Notes: generated by a model from the sequence alone, not told the origin. DNA of 55,189 nt, filler included, from Sluysia triapertura (GCA_046118255.1; 4 parts of 4 records of this genome joined end to end with filler, not necessarily neighbours in it), one strand, 5' to 3'; counted from the whole stretch's first letter, positions 13,541 to 26,760 are shown. Translations and numbers: made by a program.

Positions 13541-14822
13541 CCTTGCAAAATGTTGAATTTTATCACTAATATGATCTTATTCAACCAATTAAAATAATAA
13601 TTCTATTTTATTAACTATTGAAATATAGTAGCCATATAAAAAGTTTAGTAACCATACATATTTTACAGTAGTATATTTAACAATTTTCTGACAAAAGCAA
13701 AAAAAGAAGAGAAATAGCTCAGACTATACTACTATAACTAACTCGTACAATTGGGTATTTGATATATTGATATTTCTTATTATTTATTACCGTCTTTCGT
13801 AATTCGATATCATCGATCAACAAATAATATGGTTAAACTACATCTTACGTTTTATATCAGTTGTATGTTCAAGGTTAATTTATTTTCATTGATCAATTTA
13901 ACTGAATATAATTGCTATGTTGTCATCACAAGCCTCTAAAATCGTGTAAATTGGTCTAAAATTATTTATAAATCTTTAAAATCACTTTAAAAAAGAAAAT
14001 TCGCTTCTGTAAATATAACAGAAGCTTCTATAATATTCTAGAACATTCCGTCGATTTTCATTGGCTGATGACTGGTATCAGTTTAATGAGAATCGCGATT
14101 TTAAAATTTTCAATTTCAAATACATGTCAGTGGCCATTACGACGATTTTCTATAGGATTTTTGGATTTATTTAGTAAGTAAAATCTAGGTAAAATTATCA
14201 TAAATACAAATTAAAGACCCTTTGTGGTTTTAATTTTAATAATTATATATTTTTATTGCTACTTAACTTCTAATTTACTTTTTTTGATAATTCCGTGTTG
14301 TTAATTATTAATTAACATCGTATTTTAATATATAAATTTGTGAATTTAATAGTTCTTATTTTAGATTCATTAAATATATTGTCTAAGCATTAAGTAAAGA
14401 CCTCTAATAATTTGTAATTATCTTTAGATCGCTTAGTAGATCAGAATTTTAAGATTAAAGTTAAAGCATTTATTAACTTATCAAGTTACAAGAATGCCCA
14501 TTATAAGACGTTTGTTGTAAATGGACCCTGCTCAAAAATATTTTGACGTAGATTAAGTGTTAGAAAAACCAGAGCAAAATAATTATTTATATTGAAAAAT
14601 GAAATTATGCAAGATAGACAAGAAATGAAAAAAAAAGAAAACACGGAATTAATAATGATTTAAGAAATGTCTTGTCAAAATCTTGAGAAATTTTCACAAA
14701 TATCCCCTTAATAATTCGAATTACATATTTAATATTTGATGATTTGTTTCCTTATCACTACTTTCTTACAACCAACATCGATAGATGCCCATTCTATGCC
14801 GAAATTATATAGAAAATAATAA

Positions 14823-14922
14823 NNNNNNNNNNNNNNNNNNNNNNNNNNNNNNNNNNNNNNNNNNNNTTAATTAATTAANNNNNNNNNNNNNNNNNNNNNN
14901 NNNNNNNNNNNNNNNNNNNNNN
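14823..14922. other. Artificial assembly linker
   Basis: 44 N + TTAATTAATTAA (stop codons in all six frames) + 44 N = 100 nt. Confidence 0.95.
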
Positions 14923-15004
14923 TCAATTATGCCATGGCCATAAGTTATTAGCCAATTAAGTTAATATTATAAAATGGGACCAAAAAAGGTTTGGTAGTAT
15001 CTTC

Positions 15005-15180
15005 GTTATTAAGAATTACTAAAGAACACAGCTTATGCTAAATAGTCTAGGACAATTGATCAACTAAAACAAAGTATTCAGCACAAATGGAACCAAATTA
15101 CAGAGGAAACTTGCCACAAAGTATGTTGCAATGTTGTCAAATGATGTCTAGGTGGATATTTTCAACATATGTAAATACTA
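15005..15180 (+). mobile_element. mariner-like (rosa/maT-type) transposase C-terminal fragment
   Basis: LKNTAYAK*SRTIDQLKQSIQHKWNQITEETCHKVCCNVVK*CL..GGYFQHM* resembles the C-terminus of these transposases. Confidence 0.65.
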
Positions 15181-15581
15181 AATATACCTATTAAATTTTG
15201 TCGTTTTTGATATCTAATTTTTATTTAAGTTTGTGGCTCGGTTACTCAATTCCGACAGAACGTTGCAATCATTGACATTATCAATAAAATACAGAAATCT
15301 TTATAAAGTGCTGAATCTCATGTAGACTATAACAATATTGTAACCAACCAAAATGAATGTCTTTAAAAAGTATTTACTTTTCAAAAATATACAACCAATA
15401 AGAAAAAGGCGTCCTCTGGTTACATAACAAATGTTGCATTATAAGAGTTTATTATCTATTTTGTAGTAGATAATAATAATAATAATAATATATTTATTAC
15501 TTTACTATTTATTACAGATAACTAAATTAAGTTTTTAAACAATTGAATCGATTATTAATTATTAATAATTAATTATAATTT

Positions 15582-15911
15582 TTATAACCAACTTCCATTT
15601 ACAAATGAATTCATCGATGTATGACTGGGAGATCTTGATAAATTATCATAACTTGTATTAGAAACTGAAAAATCGGAAATATTTGAATTTGAGGAATTTG
15701 CTATTGAATTACTACGATGGTTTCGAAATGGCAAAGTTCCATTATTTAGTGTAGAAGAATTCGCACTAATTTCAGAAGAATAACCATTAGTACGTGGAAA
15801 GTGATGAAGCAATTGATGATGCTTTTTTAAAGTGGAAATTGTAATTTTGGTATTCAGTTTACTATTAGAATCGATACTGCTATGACCAGATGATTGATTA
15901 GAAAATGGTTG
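15582..15911 (-). CDS. Terminal exon of an unidentified gene (Ser/Asn-rich low-complexity C-terminus)
   Basis: Acceptor ttatacttatcAG, then a 330-nt phase-0 open frame QPFSNQSSGHSSIDSNSK...SFVNGSWL* with coding-like composition. Confidence 0.6.
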   Translation of the reverse strand, partial: QPFSNQSSGHSSIDSNSKLNTKITISTLKKHHQLLHHFPRTNGYSSEISANSSTLNNGTLPFRNHRSNSIANSSNSNISDFSVSNTSYDNLSRSPSHTSMNSFVNGSWL

Positions 15912-15979
15912 CTGATAAGTATAAAACAGATATTAAATGCACAAATATCAATACATAAAATAAAGTAAAATCAGAAGGA

Positions 15980-16045
<66 letters not shown>
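15980..16045. repeat. (AAT)n microsatellite
   Basis: Seen directly. Confidence 0.95.
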
Positions 16046-16047
<2 letters not shown>

Positions 16048-16061
16048 ACTTATTGAAAGCA

Positions 16062-16375
16062 CAGTGATTCCCAAAGTGGTCTATATCGACCCTCAAGGGT
16101 CGATGAAAACCTGTAAGTGGTATACATGGGCAAAATGAAATGGGGGTCTATGAAATGATAATGGGTTTCAATGACAAGCAATTTCAAAAATTGCAAAAAG
16201 CAGTATAATTAATATAATTTTGACATTAAAAAAATTACAAAAATATAATATTATAATATAATTAATATCATCAGTCTAAAACTGCTTTCACTTGATCTCG
16301 GAGCATTTCATACGCGTCTCACTCGCTCCATAGTACGACCCTGGAGGTCGATATAGACCACTTTCGGAATCACAG
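16062..16375. mobile_element. hAT (Charlie/Buster-like) MITE
   Basis: About 30-bp terminal inverted repeats CAGTGATTCCCAAAGTGGTCTATATCGACC / GGTCGATATAGACCACTTTCGGAATCACAG with subterminal palindromes (TCGACCCTCAAGGGTCGA). No clear 8-bp target-site duplication. Confidence 0.8.
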
Positions 16376-17486
16376 CTATAGGTACTTCACTAGTGTTAGA
16401 AATTTAAATCTTTCGAAGTGAAAAGCAAGGGTTTAGGAACCTCTGATTTAGAATAACTTTTATTTTGCATTAATTATATTAACCTATAGCGTGGATGGTA
16501 CTTCTGACATCATCCTTGATGGAAGAGATACAAAATTAATTAGTAAAATTAATAAAAATTCTCAAATATAAATTATTAACACCGTAAGATATATCGATTT
16601 CAAATAATCAATAAATATAATATAAAACGAATCACGCGTAATTTGATATATTATGCTTTTATTTTAGTTACTTTTAGAAAAACAGACTTTGCCAACAAAT
16701 TATGGAATATCTAGAAAACAGTGCTACTTATGTTTTCTATCAATTTTATCTAATATTTTTGGAATTCCATTAATTTCTACAACTACTTTCTACTATCTGG
16801 ATCTTTATAAGATCGGCTGGAATTATTAAATGAAAATTTTAGATTTTTATTGATTTAGAAATGATCCAATTAACCGCCAATACAAATAAAACATTAATTA
16901 ATATAGTGTCATTATTAAAGAATTAAAAACAAAGGCAAGCATTTATTTAGCTAAAATAACCACCCATGGACGAACCCGATATATTGCCAATTATTAACAT
17001 AATTAAAATTCTATGAGCATTATCGTGGATAAGGCAAATTTGATTTAGAGATATTATAATTTAATTATTCATTCATGTACATTCATTTAATGGCTTATAT
17101 TTTTATTTCAATTTGCTCGTCAAATACATCGCGCCAAATCTAATAACAAAAAATAATCAAAGCATACCAACTTTTATTTATAATGAATTTTTTAAATGTG
17201 ATGATATTTTAATAATAATTATTATAATATTTATAAAATTTTTGGAACGAAATAAGTCAATTAGAATAAATTGAAAGTAAACCCAATTGTAATAAATGCA
17301 TGTCATTCAAGTATATTCCGTGGTATTGGATAATACACCTCGAAAAGTTCATAAAAATTTATTTAACTCATGTGATTGGATAATGAGGAATGAGAAATTA
17401 AAATTACATATGAAACACTACATACAAAGAAATAAATACAACTACATCATCAATATTGTTCTATAATATAAAATACAGTCTATTTA

Positions 17487-17954
17487 TTGGGTTGGTGCAT
17501 AAGTTCGTGCGGTTATTTTTGCAATAATGAAAAATGCATACTGATTAAGAATAAAAACCATGCAAAATATTTCAGATTCCAAAATAAAATGAAAATTTTA
17601 TTTTCTCAATCGGTGAGTTATTCTACGTCATAATCTATCACTTCCTTTTAGCGTTCTGGCAGTTTGTCAATCACACGTTTGAAGAAGCTTGGTGATTTTT
17701 GGTCGAAAAATTCTTCAATCCATAAACGCAACAAATCATTCTGGTGGCTTCTGCAGCGTTTAAATGTTGATTAAAAGGTTCATTTTTATCTACCTGACCT
17801 CCATTTTAATGAAGGTAATGAAAGTGAAGGTTATTCTAAAATGATTTAAGTAGATAATTCAGCTCAATGAATATAACTCAAATCAGTTAAAACAAGAAGA
17901 TGGTGTGTTTTCTTTGCAACAAATAAAACCACAGGAATTTATGCACCAACGCAA
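17487..17954 (-). mobile_element. Internally deleted mariner element
   Basis: TA-flanked TIRs TTGGGTTGGTGCATAAGTTCGTGCGGTT / AACCACAGGAATTTATGCACCAACGCAA. Retains transposase C-terminus WIEEFFDQKSPSFFKRVIDKLPER*KEVIDYD on the minus strand. Confidence 0.9.
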
Positions 17955-18365
17955 TAATAAAGTTGGTTATCATAGACTATATGGTGCGTAAAAATGTAAT
18001 AGTGTTCTACTATCTAGTTGCTTTTTTATCTATTATGCTTACATATTAATCATACATATTAAACAAATAAATGTAGCCCAATCCAAGCCGAAAAAGTGGG
18101 AGGTTTTTGGACATTTGCGGAAAAAATTAATATTGCTTAATTTGATGACTAAGAGATTCTCAAACACCAACGATTTAATCGTAAAATCCGAGTTTGCGAT
18201 ACTATGTGCAGAACGTGTTAAAAGTGGTCAGTTTAGCCACATAATTATCTTAAATTGATAGTCACAGCCCCAGGCTCTACTACAGTTAAAATATCAAACA
18301 TTTAACACAAGATCACATAAGAAACCACAAATAATACCTGATATATATAATTAATGATATCTTTA

Positions 18366-18451
18366 CATAAATAAACAATAGATTTCGCAACTGAAGTATT
18401 GTTAACTTCGTAACAAAGGCACTTGGCGTTACTTCCTCGTCGAAATGATAA
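18366..18451 (-). CDS. Candidate internal exon, possibly of the same gene as 15582-15911
   Basis: Acceptor tttttcaattccAG, open frame LSFRRGSNAKCLCYEVNNTSVAKSIVYL, donor GTAAAG. Boundaries approximate and linkage to the other exon unproven. Confidence 0.35.
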
Positions 18452-18817
18452 TCTGGAATTGAAAAATTATGTTTAATAAAGTTTTATATTAAAAAAAGGA
18501 AAAAAATACAAATGTTTTCTTATTTAATCTCATTGTAATTAGATATATATTTTGGCAATTTAAAAATTATTACGTCGTAAAATTTTATGTTTTTATGATA
18601 AATATTAGATAAATAATTACTATAACATTACGTGCAAAAGCCGTGGCTTATCTAAGAAAAAATTTATTTATACACGGGATTTTAAAACAACAGGAAAAAA
18701 GTGAAAAGTGAAGTTTAACATAGTTCTTAAATAAAGATTTAATAAGGGTGACCTTTATAAAGTTAAAAAGAATCATTAAACTGACATATATAAATGTATA
18801 TCTAAAGGATTCAAATA

Positions 18818-18990
18818 CAGTAATCCCCCTATAACACCGTACTCTTATTACGCGAATTCATGTCCCTCGTATAACACGTGTGTTCCTCCATATAACGAGG
18901 GTACCTGTACATATTGTATCAATTGCGTTGTTCATAACATAGTTTTCCTGTAACGCGGAACCAATCTATCGCATTATAGGGGGATTATTG
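18818..18990. mobile_element. Tigger/pogo-like MITE (173 bp)
   Basis: TA|CAGTAATCCCCCTATAA...TTATAGGGGGATTATTG|TA, with repeated internal TAAC(A/G)CG motifs. Confidence 0.85.
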
Positions 18991-19760
18991 TATTTCTAGT
19001 TTCTATTAATAAGTCATGGCTTATGCAGGGTTGAGGCCCGTGCACGGTATTTTAATTTTGTCACTATTTAGAAATGGTAAAATATTCTATTTCCATACAT
19101 TTTTCTGAATTTATCTCTCATTGTTTAATTATCTCTCAATTAATTAATCTATAAAAAAATTATTGACTTTTCAGTAACAATGATCTTCACACTTTTTGTT
19201 CTGCAACCCACTTTTTTCGCACCTCCTTATTTTGAAGAATACTGGTCCAGAAAACTATACTGACATTAATCATTAGAAAGGGTGACAGTATGTAATTCCA
19301 TAATCTAACAAGTTTTTCACTATTAAAAATATATGGAAAATCAATTTATCACTGTAAATTTATAAAATGTGAAAAAATCAAAAGGTAAATTTCACAATAT
19401 TCTAAACTCTTTGAGGTCCACTATCATTGTCACACATTTTCTTTTTTATTTATTCAAACTGATACTTATATTTCATTCTAAAAATTAACCTCGACCTTGC
19501 TACCAGCAGTGGACTGCAAAGGCTTAAAATAACAATAGAAAATTTACATCCTGAAATATATACATTTTACAATTCTTACTTTTATTAAATCTAAAATTTT
19601 ACATAAAAATCATCAATAAAATAATTTTATTTGTTGTTTTATTACCCAATAATGATACCGAATGTAAATAGATATATCAATTGATGATATTAAATGTCAA
19701 CCATATTCATTCATTATCGAATTAATTTTTCGATTTGGTCGTTAATTTAGAGATAATATT

Positions 19761-20010
19761 TATCTTAAGGAATTACATTGGTTGCCAATAAAAGCAAGAA
19801 TAGAATTCAAAATTATGACAATAATTTACAAATGTTTACATTACGGAAGTCCTGAATATCTTTTAGAAATAATACGAAAATTGGAAACCAAGATGAATAT
19901 TTCATTGAGGCGTGGTAATCTACAGAGAATCCACAGTGATAACAAGCTAGGTGATATGTTTTAGACCTTTTAGGTCTAAAAAATATTCAACCAGTTACCA
20001 GTGAATATCG
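19761..20010 (+). mobile_element. L2/CR1-group LINE ORF2 3' fragment
   Basis: LKELHWLPIKARIEFKIMTIIYKCLHYGSPEYL...LGD.F...IFNQLP matches the LHWLP..RI.FK and W/FN.LP C-terminal signature. Confidence 0.85.
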
Positions 20011-20574
20011 TTGTCCGATGTTAAACGAAAATTTTCGTCCTATACAGATACAATAGATGCAATAAATAATCTAATCATTTAAAGCAACACCTTAATATAA
20101 AATTTACTAAATTATAGATTAATTTGACGAATTTAATTTTGAAGAAGATAATTATTGTTCCACTGTAAGGCATAAGCAAAATTTATTAAAACATTCTTAG
20201 ATGTAAGCAATAAAAATCCAAAGAATACGTCTCTAACAGTGATATAAATCGTATATATTAGGTGGACCGACTCATAAGATATTTTGCAGGTATGATTTAA
20301 GATTTTTTTAAGTTTTCAATAGAAATACTTGCATGATAATGGTTTCACACGAACATTTCTATCTACTTTTATATTTGAAACACAAATGACATACAACCCA
20401 TTACTTATTACCTCAATTTATATTGTTTTCAAGATTTCGATTTATACTTTTGCTTTTGGTACGATGTTACATGAGATATCATTTTAAAATATTCTTAAAA
20501 ATCGAAGTTTATATTTGTCATTAAAACATTCTCCACTAATATTATTCATAGTTCTAATGTTAGACTTCATAAAG

Positions 20575-20646
20575 TGGACTGACCGGGAATCGAACTCGGG
20601 ACCTCTAGTTGCACAGTTCTATGCTCTACCACTGAGCTATCATTCC
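20575..20646 (-). pseudogene. tRNA-like sequence (GTG, His-like anticodon position), probably a pseudo-tRNA or repeat-borne copy
   Basis: 72 nt with A box (TAGCTCAGTGGTAGAGC), B box (GAGTTCGATTC), acceptor stem GGAATGA/TCAGTCC with 6 of 7 pairs, loop CT-GTG-CA. The anticodon stem is largely unpaired. Confidence 0.7.
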
Positions 20647-22037
20647 CGTCTAACAATTTTATTTTATTATAGTCAATTTTACCAAATGGCACTTTAGGCC
20701 TTTTATCCCAACACTAAAACGTTTAGGAAATTCTGCATTATGTAGCATTAATCTTTGTTTCATTATCAATTAAAATCTGTGTCAATAGATTATACCAAAG
20801 GAATATGAAAAACTTTTCTCTAATTTTATCGAAATATAATATTTCATTTTTTGTCATTTATATTTACTTTATCCATTCATTTAATACAAACAAAAATTTA
20901 ATCGAATCGATTTACATGTTGTGTTGAATAATTCTTATAAGAAATAAATAAAAATAAATCTATATTCTCTTTATTAGTCTCAAAAACAGCAGAAATTCTC
21001 AGTTAAATATTATGTATTAATAATAAACAAAAGATAACTTTTAAGTAACTATAGCACGTAATTAACCTAATGAAAGACAAAGAAATTTTAATGAAATTTA
21101 TAATTATAATTTTATAAAATATTATTATTTTGAATATTATTATATAAGCAAAATACTTTTATCGGAATATATCTAATTATTATTGAGTAAAGATATGGAT
21201 ATTATTCAGTACATTAGAAAATATCAGACAGCTTTGATCAAGTAACGTTCACTTAATCAATTGTTTTTACCGATAGAATAACAGTAAACCGCTGCGCTTT
21301 CACTAATCCGTCGTCCAAGATATTTCTAGTTATAATATTGCTTCGTGTTTAATGCGTTTATTGAAATGAAAGAGCACATCATTCTACTATTCAATTTTTA
21401 TAGTTAATTCTCAATACTTGGCCAAAATTATATAACTACATTTTATTATTCCGCACATGGTAGATTTAGACAAGAATAATTTTTACAGTTAGTTCTATTA
21501 TAATGGCATACTTCGTTTATCAAGCATTCAAATTTCATATAATTTTTATTCTAAAAAGTACACATTGTTTTACATATTCTTCATGTAACAGATTATCGTT
21601 ATTATAGAGAGATATTATGTATTCACTGTTCTTATTTCTAAAAATGGATTAATTCTCCACCTAATATATTACATTATTATATTACATTATATTACTTTTA
21701 TATTACACTATTATTATTTTTCTCTCAAACTATCACTTTTTATAACTATTCTTATACATACTTACAATAAGAATAATTATTATAAATCTTAATTTCAATA
21801 GTATAACGATAGTAGTAATAAATTATTTAGAACTACTACTTATCCCTCAACATTTGATTCAGTCATTAACGTACCTATATTTTCTTATTTCTGAAATAAT
21901 TTTATTTTCTTTCGACCATTATTTCTTCATTTTGCTGCACTTTTACCGTAAATAATATCTTGCTTAAATTCATGATGTCATTATATCAATATCTTTTATA
22001 AAGGATAAGCCAGAAAGAAGCATATCCGTTTAAACAC

Positions 22038-22702
22038 TGTGGTGACCAACTCAATATCATAGAGTAATTCACAACAAAATCACATCTCACAACAGTTTAT
22101 AATTCCCAGTACTTCCAAACATTCTAAAAATAAAATTACATAATATCAAATTCACATTTAATACCGAAAATCATTAAAGATTTACTTAAAAAATTAATTC
22201 ATAATAGTGCAAACTTAATTCAACATATTCCACATAAAATCACATTCCATAACATTTTAACTATTCTTACATCTAAATATTAATTACATGCAAAACTATC
22301 AATCCATATCTAAAAACTCCTTTAAAACATTTATTCATGATCTTATAACGTTAGAATCACAATTATATCTCAAACTATCAAATGTACATCTTAAAATCAA
22401 TTCAAAATATTTCAAGTTGACAATCCTCAACACTCAATCAGTAACACTTTGAAACTATTTTAGATGTTTTAATCAAAATAACATTCTCCAAACACTTTAG
22501 TATGGATCATTTCTTTCAAACATAATCTTAACAGCTTTTTCTATAATTTACACCTTTAATCACCAATACATTTAAAAATTTACTTAAAACAATTTATCTT
22601 TTATCTCGTAACACTAAAATCACAATCACATCCTAAATCACGAATAGACACATATTAATCAATCCAAAACATTTCAAGCTTACAATCTTTCAATATTCAA
22701 TC
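22038..22702 (+). repeat. Dispersed repeat family starting TGTGGTG(G/A)CCAAC
   Basis: Homologous to 10270-10867; internal duplication of CAAAA.ATTTCAAG.T.ACAATC. Confidence 0.75.
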
Positions 22703-25166
22703 CCTAATATTTATGGGTGTTGATGTGGTTGTGTTGTGTATAAAATGATATTTTAAAAGAGGTTTTGAAAGTGAATTTTTAGTTTTGGTATTTACCTCTA
22801 AGGTATTAGCTTTGGTTGAGGGCTTATTATTATTCTTATTATGAAATATCAAGCTTAGAAGTATTTTAAAAGATATGAATGTACATGATAAATTTATTAG
22901 ATAAGTATCTAATCCAAGGTTTGGTATTGGATCACTGAATATGTTTATAGTTTTGTATAACATTATCAAAGTTTTATTTAATAGTACTGCTATCGCACTT
23001 TTAATTCTTTTACAAATCTTGTAATATTTTCTAAGATTATTATGATAATAAGGTATCTTAAGGCGATATTTGAAATTGTCTTCCATCATGCAAGCCGTTT
23101 TTGTAGTTACGATTAAAATTTTAATACGAAAATAATAAATTAAAATTAAGACTCTAATATTCATATGTATTATTATACAAATAAAAGTTGGACATCGTTG
23201 TTTGTTTTATATGTTTGACAGTTTTCATCAATATTTGTAATTTTGTTATCGCGACCATTATACCCAACTCGTCGCCATTTCACGATCCGGCAGCTTTCTT
23301 CATTAACATACTTTAATTATACTTTCTTCATTGACATTATCATTAAGGTATAATTAAGTTCCAATTAATTGATTGAATATATATGCTTGATCTAATTCCT
23401 CAAAAAATATCAATGTCTGTTTTGGAATGAGTTTCCAATGTCGAAAATAGTGCACTTCGTAGGAAAGAATGTAAAAATGTATGCATTTTATTTCGTTGTT
23501 GCTATTTATAGACAAGAAAATTTTTCAGATTAAAATATAAATTATTCACCAAATAATGCATTATATAAAATGTTTATGAATAATTTGTTTACAAAATTGT
23601 ATCTTTAGAAATGATCTGACACATTTATCTTTTAAAATGATTTTTTGTTCATTCTTTTACATGAAAATGAAATTTACATAAAATAATTTGACATTTATCT
23701 TAACTAAAATTATTAATTATTAATATTTTATTTTATTAATTAAAAATACAAATTTTTACATTTACAATTTTATTAAAAATAGTTATTTAGTATTTATTTA
23801 CTAATAATTTATACATTCTAAAAATTTTACATTTATTAATTTTATTTAAATATATATAATTTATACACTTTACGAATCACTTTAAAAAATGCTGTCAGTT
23901 TTTCTTAACAAAAAGACTTAACTATCAGCAAAATAAATTATTATTCAGAGTCCTTTTACAGTATACGACTAACTGTGTAAAAATACTCTTTGCCTTAACT
24001 TAAACAACAGAAAACAAAATCGTCGATTATATCGACTGATAACTAAATAGCTTATAAAATATAATGTTAACAACGACCAACGCGGGCCCCTGTATTTAAG
24101 TTTTTATAAAAATTACGTTGAAAATATTGGTATAAAGACATTTCTCTATAATCTTTAAAACTCCAATTATTTACTAGGAATCACTATTCTAATGAACTAA
24201 AACTTAAAAATGACTAAAGGTTTATTATATTAAAATTGATAAATATGCTGAGATAAAATAAGGCAGTTATAAGTTTATAAAAATAATAATACAAACAATG
24301 GAAATCAAATAATAACAATTATAATAACAATATTAAATTATTTATAATAAAAGGTCTACCCCAAAGACTCTACCTGTTGATAATTATTTTATAATTGACA
24401 TTAGGGGCCAACTAAAAGACAATGATTATATATTTTAAAGTGATTTTGTAATTGGCCTTAATGACCAACTGAAAATTAAATATTTTAAGTAAAGATTTTA
24501 ACTCTGACGAGTTTTCACTTTATTTAGAATAAACATACTATTTAACAAATAATTTAATAAATTGTGATCGAATATTCGAAATCAGGAAAATGTTTTTTTA
24601 ATTGATCGGATTGAAGAGAATTTGGAGCTGAGATCTCTCTAATCGAATACCCGAGATCTAATTCTGCTTTATAATTGATTAAAATGATAATTTCTTGAGC
24701 ACCATGGAGAACCAGAAATGAGGGATGGGATTGTTGAAATTACTGCGTCTGCTTGAAATAGTAAAATGGCGATTGCATTTGTAACTCAATTTTAAAAATG
24801 GTCGTCTGCTATTCTTTGTCTTTATATAGTTTTTGTACGTATAAAGACATGTATTTTTAAAATTAATTCATTAAAAAAATTTCTTGTTCTCGAATATTAT
24901 TTTGATAATTTAAATTCTTTATAATAATTTTTTATAATTTTCTAATAATTTTTTATAATTTTCAAATAATTTTTTATAATAATTTATATTTTTTTTAAAA
25001 TATTAAACACAAATAAAATATCAAACATAAAAATAAAAACGAAATAAAATTCTACACCTTTACAAATACATCCCATCATAGGAAGATTTGTCCTCAAATC
25101 ACAAAAATTAATAATAAAACGAGAAGTGGGATAAATCATTGTTAATGTTTCAATATCAATCACTTA

Positions 25167-26009
25167 GTTAATCGTCCAGATCGACTGCGGCGCCATCATC
25201 ACTCGATTCTGTGGTATCTGAATCGTCGACGAAATTCCTCCCCGGGAATGTCCATACAGGCGACGTGGTACCAGTGATCATGTTGTCGATGACCATGTCG
25301 GTTGGGCCAGGTGGAAGAAAAAGAGAGGGAGGAAACAAATTATAGTTAGGAATAAAGGAAAGGTCGTACTTTCGAATTCAATCAAACAAATGAACTAATT
25401 CAGTTGCCATTCGCACACAGTCGAATCGTGGTAGAATAGGGTACAAAAATTTAAAAGTCTGTCGAGATCGAGCCATAATACTTGGAGCGGGAAGAGAGAT
25501 GAGATTATGATTATTAAGATTAATAATTCCTCGGACTCATCCGAAAGGAATATACATTGTTTTCAAAACCAAGTTAGGGTTGAAAGTGACCAAGATTTTA
25601 TCATGAAATTCGGCCAAGAAGTAGTGTTGCGTATCATAAATATCTTTTGCCGATTTCAAGTCATCTTCCTTAAGACCATGTACATTCGGAAATAAGGACG
25701 GATTTTAGTCTCAATGTGGAATTGTCTATTATACGGTGTACATGCCAACTGGATGATCCTTGGCTATCCTCCAAATCAATGTGTGGTGGCAAGCTACAAA
25801 CAAAAGGCGTTCTTCATCGAAGACGGATAACGGTGGTTTGTGTGTAAAAGAAGAACCCTCCGTCTATCTGGCGATATGTTATCAAGATCTTTTTCATAAA
25901 AGCAGGGCAAAAATGAATAAAGTACCTTCGATGACAACGAAAAAATAAGGGCGAGAGAAGTAGGTAGTTCCAGTGCTTCTATATTTGTAGGGAAAACATC
26001 ACATTTCAT
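25167..26009 (-). pseudogene. Decayed, relatively GC-rich intronless coding region of unknown identity
   Basis: Protein-like stretches interrupted by stops and frameshifts (DEERLLFVACHHTLIWRIAKDHPVGMYT; PNVHGLKEDDLKSAKDIYDTQHYFLAEFHDKILVTFNP) ending in an acidic tail FVDDSDTTESSDDGAAVDLDD*. Visibly more GC-rich than the flanks. Confidence 0.45.
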
Positions 26010-26095
26010 CTAATAAACACACTCCACATATACACAAACTATTAAACAAACTACTAAACTCATTTAAAAATAAACACGACCATCACATCTAACTA

Positions 26096-26195
26096 NNNNN
26101 NNNNNNNNNNNNNNNNNNNNNNNNNNNNNNNNNNNNNNNTTAATTAATTAANNNNNNNNNNNNNNNNNNNNNNNNNNNNNNNNNNNNNNNNNNNN
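26096..26195. other. Artificial assembly linker
   Basis: Same 100-nt structure. Confidence 0.95.
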
Positions 26196-26760
26196 GTTTT
26201 TTCAACTATGATATATTTTACTACATTAGTTATTCGAGAATTATTGTCAGTATCTTTTTTTAAATCAATCAGTGTGGATAAACATGAAATGTCTTGATAT
26301 TTACTAATAGACAATATGTTAACAGTAATTAGCACATTATTTATATTTTTAAGTCGATTAAGTATATGACTTTGAACTAAAATGATGTTAGTTCGGTTAG
26401 ATTATTAAAACTCAACATTAATTTTGTTAAAATATTGTCTAGATTCCTTTAAAATAAAAAGAGCAAGTTAGCATTTTTAATCTTGTGCAGATTTTTTTTA
26501 ATGTGTTTTATTAATTTTTTCATTAATTAGTTGTGTTTGATCAAAATGTAATTTTCTGGTCAACTGAAACCAATTAAAACTGTAAATCACAACAACAATA
26601 ACTTCGATAGCGAATCAAAGTGATTGCCTGTCACCACGCATATTTTCGCATAAACAGATAAAGATTGAGACATGGTGACAGGTATGTATTAATTTAACTG
26701 GTAATACAGCATTACATAATTGAAAAACTGTCATATCGTAAGATTACAAATTTGTGATGG

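Noticed and set aside
14867-14878. TTAATTAATTAA palindrome recurring three times
   Set aside because: Always centred in exactly 44+44 N; a synthetic six-frame-stop linker, not biology.
16483-16513. 31-nt minus-strand mini-exon upstream of the 15911 exon
   Set aside because: Its only open frame ends in phase 1, which is incompatible with the phase-0 acceptor at 15911.
20575-20646. Functional tRNA-His gene
   Set aside because: The anticodon stem cannot pair and there are mismatches in the T and acceptor stems; kept only as tRNA-like.
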